A stretch of DNA of 64,000 nt from the NCBI GenBank assembly GCA_038889075.1, contig JAWAHS010000002.1:44930-108929 (forward strand), read 5' to 3'. Of the stretch, positions 39,160 to 48,738 are shown one piece after another. The DNA is from Ignisphaera sp. (GTDB taxonomy: Archaea > Thermoproteota > Thermoprotei_A > Sulfolobales > Ignisphaeraceae). The notes under the pieces are model-generated. The model searched no databases. It saw nothing but the letters and a program-made list of their open reading frames with translations, and was not told the DNA's origin. Every line of letters begins with the position of its first letter. The first letter of the stretch is position 1. The position numbers were made by a program, and so were the translations under genes.

Positions 39160-40017
39160 GTGGCCTACGTTTATAGATTTAAAGAGCTTGTATTAAAACC
39201 AAAATTCCTAGTGCCGCTAATCATATTCATAGGTTTGTTGCTGTATTCATTTATATTTCCTGCTACCATAACTATAAATCCTGGAAGATGGTACTATGCA
39301 CCACCAGCACAGCCACCGAGCTTAGCCTATCCCTTCGGTACAACTTCTATGGGCCAAGACCTCTTCTTACTAGTACCTACGGCTCTTAGAAATACTATAA
39401 TTATAAGTTTTGTAGCAGCGGTAATCTCGGTGCTGATAGCATGGGGTATAGGCTCTACAGCAGCACTCTCATCAGCCATTGTGAGATCGACGCTGATGAC
39501 ACTAGTTGATATAATATGTGTATTGCCAGGTTTGCCGCTGCTAATGGTTATATTCTATACGTGGAGAGATTATTTAACAATACCTTTAATAGGTATAATA
39601 ATGGGTTTGATAGGCTGGGGCTTTCCAGCGAGGGCCATCTATGCAATGCTATCTAGCCTACGCCAGAGAACATTCATATACACATCATACTTTTCTGGAT
39701 TGGCAATATATAAAATTGTTATAAAGGATTTCATACCTTTCCTCCTCAGATATCTAATGATAAATCTAGTAGGTACAATGACATGGGCTATAGGTAATGA
39801 AGTAACGGTATCGATATTCGGTGCTATGAAGATGGAGGAAGCAACAATAGGAACTACAATACACTGGGCCATGTATTATCAGGCAATACTTCTAGGTGTC
39901 TGGTGGTGGTTAGCGATACCAATAGCATTTCTAGTACTGTTTGTACTATCACTATACGTACTTATGGTCGAGATCGACAAGTATATATTTGCAAGGGCTA
40001 GAGTGACGTGGGGGTAG
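39160..40017 (+). CDS. Opp/Dpp ABC permease (OppC-like)
   Basis: PPS..YPFGTTSMGQD, GVWWW. Confidence 0.9.
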   Translation: MAYVYRFKELVLKPKFLVPLIIFIGLLLYSFIFPATITINPGRWYYAPPAQPPSLAYPFGTTSMGQDLFLLVPTALRNTIIISFVAAVISVLIAWGIGSTAALSSAIVRSTLMTLVDIICVLPGLPLLMVIFYTWRDYLTIPLIGIIMGLIGWGFPARAIYAMLSSLRQRTFIYTSYFSGLAIYKIVIKDFIPFLLRYLMINLVGTMTWAIGNEVTVSIFGAMKMEEATIGTTIHWAMYYQAILLGVWWWLAIPIAFLVLFVLSLYVLMVEIDKYIFARARVTWG

Positions 40018-41021
40018 AGATAATGTCTAGTGACATCCTCACGGTTAATAATCTGGATGGAGGTTACGAGGTATTCGTTGGAGAAAGAAGAGTGTTTGTG
40101 CATGCAGTTAACGATGTGTCACTCACGTTGCATACTGATGAAGTTTTGGGTATAGCAGGAGAATCAGGTTGCGGTAAGTCTACGTTGGCCAAGATGATCT
40201 ATGGTGCACTGATACCGCCACTTGTGGTAAGAGGTGGAAGCATATACATTAGCACCAAAAGTGGTGAAATTTTAGAGATGAATAAACTTGCCATAGATGT
40301 AATTAGAAGAAAGATCTGGTGGATGGAAATATCATATATACCGCAAAACTCTATGAATGTTTTAAATCCGTTGAAGCGAATAAAGGACCAATTTATAGAT
40401 GTTTTTAGATACCATAACATTGAGATAGATAAGGAGGGTATTGTAAGGCATCTAAAGGATACTCTATCGACCTTAGGACTCCCTCCAGAGGTTATAAATG
40501 CCTATCCCCACCAGCTCTCTGGTGGCATGAGGCAGAGGGTAGTTATAGCACTAAGTCTCCTATTTAATCCAAGGATAGTTCTAGCAGACGAACCAACAAC
40601 TGCTGTAGATGTAGTTACACAGAGAACAATCCTTTCATTGCTTAAGGAATGGCGTGAAAGTAATAAGAGCTCCCTTATATTAATTTCACATGACATGTCT
40701 GTACACGCATATATGGACGATAGAGTTGCAATAATGTATGCAGGAAATATTGTGGAACTGGGTAATGCGCTCGATATCTTTAAAGAACCTCTACATCCAT
40801 ATACAAGGGCATTGATAGAATCGCTTATTAGAAGGGGGGATAAATCGATTAGAAAGGGTTTAGCAGGTCAGCCACCAGATCTCACTAGTCCTCCACCCGG
40901 CTGCAGATTCCATCCAAGATGTCCCTATGCAATGGATGTATGTAGATCCAGGGAGCCACCGGTAACGCCTTTGGATAAAGATAGATATGTTAGATGCTGG
41001 CTTTATGCGACTCCAAGGTGA
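40008..41021 (+). CDS. Opp/Dpp ABC ATPase (OppD-like)
   Basis: GESGCGKS, YPHQLSGGMRQR, GCRFHPRCP. Confidence 0.95.
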   Translation: MGVEIMSSDILTVNNLDGGYEVFVGERRVFVHAVNDVSLTLHTDEVLGIAGESGCGKSTLAKMIYGALIPPLVVRGGSIYISTKSGEILEMNKLAIDVIRRKIWWMEISYIPQNSMNVLNPLKRIKDQFIDVFRYHNIEIDKEGIVRHLKDTLSTLGLPPEVINAYPHQLSGGMRQRVVIALSLLFNPRIVLADEPTTAVDVVTQRTILSLLKEWRESNKSSLILISHDMSVHAYMDDRVAIMYAGNIVELGNALDIFKEPLHPYTRALIESLIRRGDKSIRKGLAGQPPDLTSPPPGCRFHPRCPYAMDVCRSREPPVTPLDKDRYVRCWLYATPR

Positions 41022-42046
41022 TATGGATGAAAGGTGAAAATAAACTAGAAGTAGAAGATGTTACAAAACTGTACGGCTACGGACTTCTTGGACTAAAGAA
41101 ATTTAAAGCACTAGATAGTATATCGATGGAGATAGATCTTGAGAAGCCGAAGATTGTTGTAGTAGCGGGGGAAACTGGTAGCGGTAAGACGACACTACTC
41201 CGCATAATTATGGGGGTAGTGAAACCTGATATTGGAAGGGTTCTATACAGAGGCTATGATATACATAGGCTAAGAGGATCTGCAGCTAAATGGTATAGAA
41301 GAGAGGTACAACCAGTATTCCAGGATCCGTATGAAGCCTTCAATCCCCTTAGAAGAATCGATTCCTATTTCTACGATACAATAAGGAATATTTGTGGAGT
41401 TAGAGAGAAAAATGAGATTGAATATAGAATTGATGAATCGCTACGATTTGTTGGACTAGGCCTTGATAGGATTTCCGGTAAATATCCCCACGAATTTTCG
41501 GGTGGAGAGCTGCAACGAATTTCAATTGCACGGGCTCTTCTAACGGGTCCGAAAGTACTATTAGCAGACGAGCCTGTTTCGATGCTTGATGCTACGCTAC
41601 GAGTAGGGATACTGAATATACTAAAGGATTTGAAAGAGAAACTGAATATGATTATTATCTATGTGACGCACGATCTATCAACAGCCTATTATATAGGTGA
41701 TGACATATCTATTATGTACAGAGGAACACTAGTTGAATACGGATCTATATCAAAGGTGTATCAGGAGCCTAGACATCCATATACAAATGCGTTATTAAAC
41801 TCTATACTTGAACCAGATCCATCTTTACGAGAGAGATATCCAGCGATAAAACCATCATCGCTAGAGCTAAAGGAGTTTCTAATAGCTGGATGTAGATATG
41901 CTAATAGATGTCCGTTTGCTAAAGATGTATGCTGGCATACGTTACCACCATTTGTAGATGTGGATGGTGTGAGTGTTAGATGCTGGAAATATCTGGACTA
42001 TAAAACTAGTTCAGTAGACAGGGTATCCTCTAAATCCAGTGGATAG
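40994..42046 (+). CDS. Opp/Dpp ABC ATPase (OppF-like)
   Basis: GETGSGKT, YPHEFSGGELQR, HPYT; true start probably MKGENK. Confidence 0.95.
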   Translation: MLALCDSKVIWMKGENKLEVEDVTKLYGYGLLGLKKFKALDSISMEIDLEKPKIVVVAGETGSGKTTLLRIIMGVVKPDIGRVLYRGYDIHRLRGSAAKWYRREVQPVFQDPYEAFNPLRRIDSYFYDTIRNICGVREKNEIEYRIDESLRFVGLGLDRISGKYPHEFSGGELQRISIARALLTGPKVLLADEPVSMLDATLRVGILNILKDLKEKLNMIIIYVTHDLSTAYYIGDDISIMYRGTLVEYGSISKVYQEPRHPYTNALLNSILEPDPSLRERYPAIKPSSLELKEFLIAGCRYANRCPFAKDVCWHTLPPFVDVDGVSVRCWKYLDYKTSSVDRVSSKSSG

Positions 42047-42125
42047 CATTACCATACTGCAGATTAATAATCAGATAGCTTTTTAAAGGGGGCCATGAGA
42101 GGTGTAGTATAGGAGATGAGATAAC

Positions 42126-43136
42126 ATGAAACCGAAGTTATTTGTGACTAGAGAGCTCTTCCCAGATGTGATAGATAGGCTTAGAAAATATTATGAAGTT
42201 GAGGTTTGGGATAGATACCAGCCACCACCATATGAATTACTCCTTGAAAAGGCCAAAGAGGTCGATGCGCTCGCCTCTCTATTAAGTGATAGAATAGATT
42301 GCAATCTTCTCCGACAGGCTAAAAAACTTAGAATTATTGCGCAGTATGCTGTAGGGTATGACAATATTGATGTCCAGTGTGCAACACATCTGGGAATCTA
42401 TGTAACCAATACCCCTGGTGTTTTGACAGAAGCAACAGCAGAGCTTACATGGGCACTCATACTAGCAGTTGCCAGAAGAATCGTTGAATCGGATCATTTT
42501 GTGAGATGGGGTGAATGGGATAGACTCAAAACTGGATGGCATCCACACATGATGCTAGGAGTCGAACTAAAAGGTAAGGTTCTAGGGATTGTAGGACTTG
42601 GAAGAATAGGGGGCAGGGTTGCTGAAATAGCTGTCAAAGGCTTCAATATGAAGGTTATATATTACGATACCTCTAGGAATGAAAGGGTGGAAAGGGAATT
42701 GGGAGCTGAATACAGGGATCTAGACACACTTTTAGGTGAAGCTGATATTATATCGATACATGTACCTTTAACTAAGGAAACGTTTCACCTAATAAATGAA
42801 GACAGGCTCAGGAAAATGAAAAAGGGAGCTATACTCATAAATACAGCCAGAGGTGCTATAGTAGATACAGATGCTTTGGTAAAGGCCCTTAGAGAGGGCT
42901 GGATAGCAGGTGCCGGGCTAGATGTATTTGAGCAGGAGCCACTACCGCTCAACCACCCACTAACAGCATTTAAAAATGTTGTACTAGTACCACACATAGG
43001 TTCAGCAACATATGAATCACGACATGCGATGGCGGAACTTGTAGCAGAGAATCTTATAGCATTCTATGAGGGTAGAGAACCACCAACACTGGTAAACAGA
43101 GATGTATTAACAATAAGACCACCGGGGTTCCGGTAA
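42126..43136 (+). CDS. gyaR: Glyoxylate reductase (D-2-hydroxyacid dehydrogenase)
   Basis: VTNTPGVL, GLGRIG, INTARG, LDVFEQEP, PHIGSA. Confidence 0.9.
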   Translation: MKPKLFVTRELFPDVIDRLRKYYEVEVWDRYQPPPYELLLEKAKEVDALASLLSDRIDCNLLRQAKKLRIIAQYAVGYDNIDVQCATHLGIYVTNTPGVLTEATAELTWALILAVARRIVESDHFVRWGEWDRLKTGWHPHMMLGVELKGKVLGIVGLGRIGGRVAEIAVKGFNMKVIYYDTSRNERVERELGAEYRDLDTLLGEADIISIHVPLTKETFHLINEDRLRKMKKGAILINTARGAIVDTDALVKALREGWIAGAGLDVFEQEPLPLNHPLTAFKNVVLVPHIGSATYESRHAMAELVAENLIAFYEGREPPTLVNRDVLTIRPPGFR

Positions 43137-43272
43137 ACCTTCTCCAATAATTCCAATCCCAAATAGATTCCGTAATTAAGACAGTACTCCGCAGGATTTC
43201 ATTTATAAAGTATTGTAGCATCATCATGGTAAAGGGTAAAATTTATTTCATCTATTTTTACTATTATAGATT

Positions 43273-44298
43273 TTGGGCATCCCTATGAAATGTGTCAAAT
43301 GCATAGTTGTTGGATTAGGTAGAATAGGTAAAATACATGCAGAGAATCTAAGATATAGAGTTGAAGGAGCAGAACTCGTAGCTGTTGTAGATATCGTAGA
43401 GGATGTTGCTAGGGCAGCTGGAGAGGCATTGAAGGTAAGATGGTATACGGATTACTTGAGAGCTCTAGAGGTTGAGAAACCCGACGCTGTAATCATTGCA
43501 ACGCCTACCTATCTACATAGGGAGAATATTACTACTGCAGCTAAATACGGTATTGATATATTTACAGAGAAACCCTTAGCCCCTAATCTAAGCGATGCTA
43601 TGGAGATCTATAGCACGGTTAAAAAATATGGTGTTAAACTTCAGATAGGATTCCAAAGGCGGTTTGACCCCATATATCAAAGAGCTAAGGAATTTATAGA
43701 TGGTGGTGGTATAGGAAAACCTATAGCATTCATAGCTATAGTTAGAGATCCAGAACCTCCACCATCATGGGCTAGGGATCCCAAGGCGAGCGGTGGGATG
43801 TTTGCAGATCAGCTATCGCACGATTTTGATATAGTACGCCATCTATTAAGTGATGAGATTGCTGAAGTTTACGTTGTTGGAGGCAATTATATATATGAAG
43901 ATATGAAGAAGCTTGGGGACCCGGATGCTGCAGTAGTTACATTTCGAACTGAGAAAGGGCTACATGGAGTTATACATGCTACAAGGAGATTTCCATATGG
44001 CTATGAGTTGCGAAATGAGGTATACGGCTCAGATGGTGTGGTGTACATTGGAACAAATAGAGATGAGAACATCGCTTATGCTACAAGGCAGGGCCTGATA
44101 TTTCTAGGAGCACCATTCTTCGAAAAAAGATGGTCAGAAGCTTATTTGCAGGAGCTACGAGCCTTTATACACTCTATACGCAATGGCAAAGAGCCTCCAG
44201 TAACAGTTGTGGATGGAGTAAGAGCAGCTCAGATAGCTGAAGCCTGTTGGCATAGTTATAGAGAGGGAAAACCTATTAGGATACAAACTGTGAGCTAA
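43273..44298 (+). CDS. iolG: Inositol 2-dehydrogenase-like Gfo/Idh/MocA oxidoreductase
   Basis: GLGRIGKIHA, EKP, GFQRRFDP, RDPEPP, SGGMFADQLSHDFD, YGYELR; adjacent to iolMNO. Confidence 0.75.
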   Translation: MGIPMKCVKCIVVGLGRIGKIHAENLRYRVEGAELVAVVDIVEDVARAAGEALKVRWYTDYLRALEVEKPDAVIIATPTYLHRENITTAAKYGIDIFTEKPLAPNLSDAMEIYSTVKKYGVKLQIGFQRRFDPIYQRAKEFIDGGGIGKPIAFIAIVRDPEPPPSWARDPKASGGMFADQLSHDFDIVRHLLSDEIAEVYVVGGNYIYEDMKKLGDPDAAVVTFRTEKGLHGVIHATRRFPYGYELRNEVYGSDGVVYIGTNRDENIAYATRQGLIFLGAPFFEKRWSEAYLQELRAFIHSIRNGKEPPVTVVDGVRAAQIAEACWHSYREGKPIRIQTVS

Positions 44299-44441
44299 AC
44301 TCATCTAAATCAATTCTAAACTATGGTAGCTAAACCATTTCACTGCAATTGCTATTCAATGTAGTTTAGCATATGTTTGTCTGTATTTTAGGCAATGCTT
44401 TCAGTTACAAAAAGACTTAAATATCTCTCTATAATCGCAAT

Positions 44442-45638
44442 ATGCGGGAAGACAATATGGTTAGAGGAAGAATGTTAGCAGCTATTCTATATGGTGAATG
44501 GATTCCTAGAGCTGGATATACTCCATCAACTTTTGAGGAGCGCACGAGAAAGGCCTTGCATGGAAGTAGAGTATGGAGAAACCCAGTATTAAAACTCGAG
44601 GATACAAAGATACCAGAGGTAGGTTCCAACCAGATCCTAGTGAAAGTGAAATCGTGTGGTATATGTGGTAGCGATGTTCATATGTATGAAAAAGATGAGG
44701 AGGGTTACATGTTATACCCTGGTATGGTTAGACTACCTGTTGTTATAGGCCACGAGCTTTCTGGTGTGGTTGAAGAGGTTGGTACTGGGGTTACAGATTT
44801 TAAGCCCGGAGATGCTGTTACACTTGTTGAGATGTGGTATTGTGGTGAATGTATAAGTTGTAGAAGGGGATATTTTGACCACTGCATCAATTTGGAGGAA
44901 ATGGGATTTACAAAGGATGGAGGATTTGCTGAGTATATTCTTGCAGATGCAAAGTATGCTTGGAGAATTGATGCGTTTAGAGAAGTTTATAGTAATGATG
45001 AGAAGGTTTTTGAAGCAGGAGCCCTTGTAGAACCCTTTAGTGTAGCCTACAAAGCTATATTTATTAGAGCGGGTGGATTTCTACCAGGAAGTTATGTTAT
45101 TGTATATGGTGCTGGACCCATAGGGTTGGCAGCAGTAATGTTGTCAAAGGCGGCTGGTGCAGGTAAAGTTGTAGTATTCGAAACGATTCAGGAAAGAATT
45201 GAATTGGCAAAATCAGTTGGAGCAGACCATGTATTTAATCCCATAGAGCTTGAAAGAAAAGGTACTTCAATACATGAAAAGATCATGGATGTAACAGGTG
45301 GTCAAGGTGCTGATCTGCAGGTAGAGGCAGCCGGATATCCTCCTTTAATTAGAGAGATGCAAAAAAGTATATCTATAGGAGGTAAGATAACATGGATAGG
45401 TAGAGCAGATAGGGAAGCACCTACATGGTTCGAATACTTCCAGATAAGGAGTGCGCAAATATATGGTTCTCAGGGACATGTCGATTACGCGCCATTTATG
45501 TGGGTGATAAGACTCATAGCTTCTGGAAGAATAGATCCAACAAAAATTATTACAGCTAGGTATAAACTATCAAATGTTATTGAAGCTATGGAGAGAGCAA
45601 AGCTTAGAAAGGATGCAAAAATTCACATAAAGCCGTAG
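44442..45638 (+). CDS. iolM: Zn-dependent scyllo-inosose 3-dehydrogenase-like protein
   Basis: N-terminal extension GSRVWRNP, CGICGSDVHM..D.EGY.LYPG, GHE, IYGSQGH, recalled from Thermotoga IolM. Confidence 0.8.
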   Translation: MREDNMVRGRMLAAILYGEWIPRAGYTPSTFEERTRKALHGSRVWRNPVLKLEDTKIPEVGSNQILVKVKSCGICGSDVHMYEKDEEGYMLYPGMVRLPVVIGHELSGVVEEVGTGVTDFKPGDAVTLVEMWYCGECISCRRGYFDHCINLEEMGFTKDGGFAEYILADAKYAWRIDAFREVYSNDEKVFEAGALVEPFSVAYKAIFIRAGGFLPGSYVIVYGAGPIGLAAVMLSKAAGAGKVVVFETIQERIELAKSVGADHVFNPIELERKGTSIHEKIMDVTGGQGADLQVEAAGYPPLIREMQKSISIGGKITWIGRADREAPTWFEYFQIRSAQIYGSQGHVDYAPFMWVIRLIASGRIDPTKIITARYKLSNVIEAMERAKLRKDAKIHIKP

Positions 45639-45658
45639 ATCCTTTATGGTGAATCTAT

Positions 45659-46615
45659 ATGACATCCTTAAGTGAAAGATGGGGAAAGCCCATATTAAAT
45701 AAATGGGGGAAGAAGATATATCTCGATCAGATGACTATGAAGGAACTTGAAGAGAGGGTTAAGGAAAACGATATTATATTCCTACCTATAGGTTCAACAG
45801 AAGCTCATGGACCTTTTGCACCACTTGGTGAGGATACACTAATAGGTGTAAGCATAGCTGAAAAGGTATGCTATGAATGTGGGTGCACGGTTGCCCTACC
45901 AATAGCTTACGGTAGCCATCCAAGCCACCATTACGGTTTAAGGGGAACCATACCCGTAAGGGCAACTACATTGATAGAGTATGTGGCAGATGTGATTAAA
46001 TGGCTCTCTAATGCAGGGTTCAAGAAGATAATTGTTTGGAATAGCCATGGTCAAGAGTATGTTCTTCCAATAGCAAAAGATATAGCCATAGTAGAGAAGC
46101 AGGTACATGCCTTAATACTGGTTACGAGTTGGTGGGCATGGATACAGGATGTTCTTAGAAAGGCGGGAACAGGTGAAGAAATAGCACCAGGTATAAGGAT
46201 AGAAACACCGTTTATCCATGCAGATGAAGTTGAGTCTAGTGTAACCCTATACGTTGTACCTGAACTTGTAGATGTTGATATAATGAAAAAAGAAGGTGAA
46301 TGGGGTGTGAAGAGACCTCTACCAAAGGAATATGTCAATACGGCAGGTAATGTATTCCCAGATAAACCATTTGGATGGTATGATGTCAGTGCACTTCCAG
46401 AGCTGTACTACTATCCAAAGGGATTTGTTGGATGGCCAAAGTATGCAGATTATGAAAAAGGGAAGGTACTGGTAGATAAGGTGGTGGAAAGAGTAACAGC
46501 ATTTATAAATAGGTTGAAGGAGCTTTACCCACCAGGTGTAATACCAAGGACGTGGATAGACTATGAGGACATGAACTTTGACAAACCTAAAGAATATGCT
46601 GAGCCGAGGGGATAG
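45659..46615 (+). CDS. iolN: 3-dehydro-scyllo-inosose hydrolase-like protein (creatininase family)
   Basis: GSTEAHG, GED, YGSHP.HH.G..GT, NSHGQEY, ETPFIHADEVE. Confidence 0.8.
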   Translation: MTSLSERWGKPILNKWGKKIYLDQMTMKELEERVKENDIIFLPIGSTEAHGPFAPLGEDTLIGVSIAEKVCYECGCTVALPIAYGSHPSHHYGLRGTIPVRATTLIEYVADVIKWLSNAGFKKIIVWNSHGQEYVLPIAKDIAIVEKQVHALILVTSWWAWIQDVLRKAGTGEEIAPGIRIETPFIHADEVESSVTLYVVPELVDVDIMKKEGEWGVKRPLPKEYVNTAGNVFPDKPFGWYDVSALPELYYYPKGFVGWPKYADYEKGKVLVDKVVERVTAFINRLKELYPPGVIPRTWIDYEDMNFDKPKEYAEPRG

Positions 46616-46662
46616 CAAATCTTTAAGACACAAATACAATAATAATTTCGGGTTTTAAAAGA

Positions 46663-47493
46663 ATGAAATTTTCTGCTGTATATGTTCTAGAGGAGGAGAT
46701 ACCGTTTAAAATAGGTATTCAGGCACCTATACAAGAGGTTTTAACTTTTTTAACAACACGTAGCTACAATGGTGTGGAATTACATATACCAAACCCATTT
46801 AATGTAAATATTGATACTCTAAAGAGAAATCTAAATGAATATGGACTAGAGGTTTCTGCAATATCTACTGGGCTATCATATGTGAAATACGGCTACAGCC
46901 TATCTAGTGAGAACGAAGATAATAGATTGAAGGCTATAGCATTCTTTAAAAAGTACATAGAGGTGGCATACCTTTTAGATAGCAAGGTTGTTGTCGTAGG
47001 AACGGCTAGAGGGAAATGTAGTATAGACTGCAGGGCTGCAAAGACAAGACTTACGGAGTCATTAAGCTTACTAGGATCTTATAGTAGAGATTTCGGTGTA
47101 TGGCTGGTTTTGGAGCCAATGAATAGAAGGGAAACTGATCTAATAAATAGGATTGGCGAGGCTATGGAGGTTATTCAACAAGTGGATAATGTTTATCTGC
47201 TCCTGGACACCTACCATATATTGCTTGAGGAAGGCAATGTCTATGAAATTTTTCAAAAATATGGAGGATATGCTAAGCATATCCATGTAGCAGATACCCA
47301 TAGGCTTCCACCAGGGTTAGGAGAACTGGATTGGAGTAAGATACTCAAAATTCTAGACAGCATTGGGTATGGCAATTACGTAAGTGTGGAAGCTCTAATG
47401 GAACCTGACTATGTTACAGCATTAGAAGTTGCTATAAAGACCCTTAGAACAAGCTTAAAGGGACATCACAGCTCCGCATCCACAAATCGGTGA
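46663..47493 (+). CDS. iolO: 5-keto-L-gluconate epimerase-like protein (xylose isomerase-like TIM barrel)
   Basis: GVELHI, AISTG, LEPMNRRET, LDTYH, HVAD..R.PPG.G; follows iolN. Confidence 0.7.
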   Translation: MKFSAVYVLEEEIPFKIGIQAPIQEVLTFLTTRSYNGVELHIPNPFNVNIDTLKRNLNEYGLEVSAISTGLSYVKYGYSLSSENEDNRLKAIAFFKKYIEVAYLLDSKVVVVGTARGKCSIDCRAAKTRLTESLSLLGSYSRDFGVWLVLEPMNRRETDLINRIGEAMEVIQQVDNVYLLLDTYHILLEEGNVYEIFQKYGGYAKHIHVADTHRLPPGLGELDWSKILKILDSIGYGNYVSVEALMEPDYVTALEVAIKTLRTSLKGHHSSASTNR

Positions 47494-47655
47494 ACAATAA
47501 ATGATGTAGATGGATTAAGTTGAATTAATAGATTTTTAAATAAATTGTACGCTAGAAAAACAGTGCCTAAAATTATTTTAATCGAAATTGAATTCCTATA
47601 CATTGCCACTCCAGTGGGTAGCAACGGGGCCTGCAGTAGATTGAATGTCTGCAAT

Positions 47656-48627
47656 TTAGAGCTTGACATGTCTTTCTAAAATAAGAGATGCAACCTCATT
47701 ATATGATCTAGGACCTTCCATAGGACCCCTTCTACTAACCTTGATTGCCGCGGCGGCATTTGCGAAAATAAGAGTTTTTTCTAGATTCCAATTATTTAGA
47801 TAGCCGTAGATGAAAGCTGCGTTAAATACATCTCCAGCACCTGTAGGGTCTACCTCACTAATGGGAAATGCGGAGGCTTCGATGATAACACCATCTCTTG
47901 TTAGCGTCGTTGACCCTTTTCTTCCTCTCTTAATAGCGATGAGCTTGGGTCCTAAATCAACTATTCTATAAGCAGCTTTCCTGACATCAGTAATGCCTGT
48001 AATTAATGCAAGTTCATCTTCGCTGATAAGTATAGCATCGCTGTTTTTGATTATGGGGTACAGCATCTCTCTGATTTCTTCAATAGATGCAAGTTCGACT
48101 CTAATATTAGGGTCGAGAAAGACCGTTATATTGTTGGCCTTGGCTATATCTATAGCTTTTTCGCACGCTCCTTTAGCGGAATTGCTTATGTATAGGGTTG
48201 ACCCAGAAATGTGGAGAAGCCTAGCCTTTGATACATATTCTGGATCGATGTGTTCTGGTGAAAGTTTTGCAGAAGCAGAATACTTTAAATTAAATACGAA
48301 TCTTCTACTGCCATCAGATCTATATGCTACAAAAGCCATACCAGTTACAGAATTTCTATCAACTCTAATTCTCGAAATATCAACACCATCGGATCTCAAT
48401 CTCTCTATAACCATTTGTCCAAAGTCATCATCGCCTACAATACCTATAAAGCCTGTTCTTAGACCCAGACGAGCACAAGTATCAATGGTTATTGCAGGTG
48501 CACCGCTAGGGTAAGGTCCGACATAGTCCCCAGGTACTGTGTGCATAACATCCTGTTCTTTTCGGACGAACTCTACAAGTAATTCGCCAAGAGATACTAC
48601 GTCAAAGTGGAGGGACATGTAAGCCAC
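47656..48627 (-). CDS. PfkB sugar kinase, tagatose-kinase-like
   Basis: GELLVE..GPYPSGAPAI.ID..ARLG N-terminus; DPTGAGD. Confidence 0.75.
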   Translation of the reverse strand: MAYMSLHFDVVSLGELLVEFVRKEQDVMHTVPGDYVGPYPSGAPAITIDTCARLGLRTGFIGIVGDDDFGQMVIERLRSDGVDISRIRVDRNSVTGMAFVAYRSDGSRRFVFNLKYSASAKLSPEHIDPEYVSKARLLHISGSTLYISNSAKGACEKAIDIAKANNITVFLDPNIRVELASIEEIREMLYPIIKNSDAILISEDELALITGITDVRKAAYRIVDLGPKLIAIKRGRKGSTTLTRDGVIIEASAFPISEVDPTGAGDVFNAAFIYGYLNNWNLEKTLIFANAAAAIKVSRRGPMEGPRSYNEVASLILERHVKL

Positions 48628-48738
48628 CTAAAGGTTGTATTTATAGAGGAGATTTAAAATCAGTTATGGTAAAACACGCATGTATTTCCTCTACCGTTAA
48701 AGTTAGAGGGTAACTTTAGAGGGATGTACAAACTAGGA

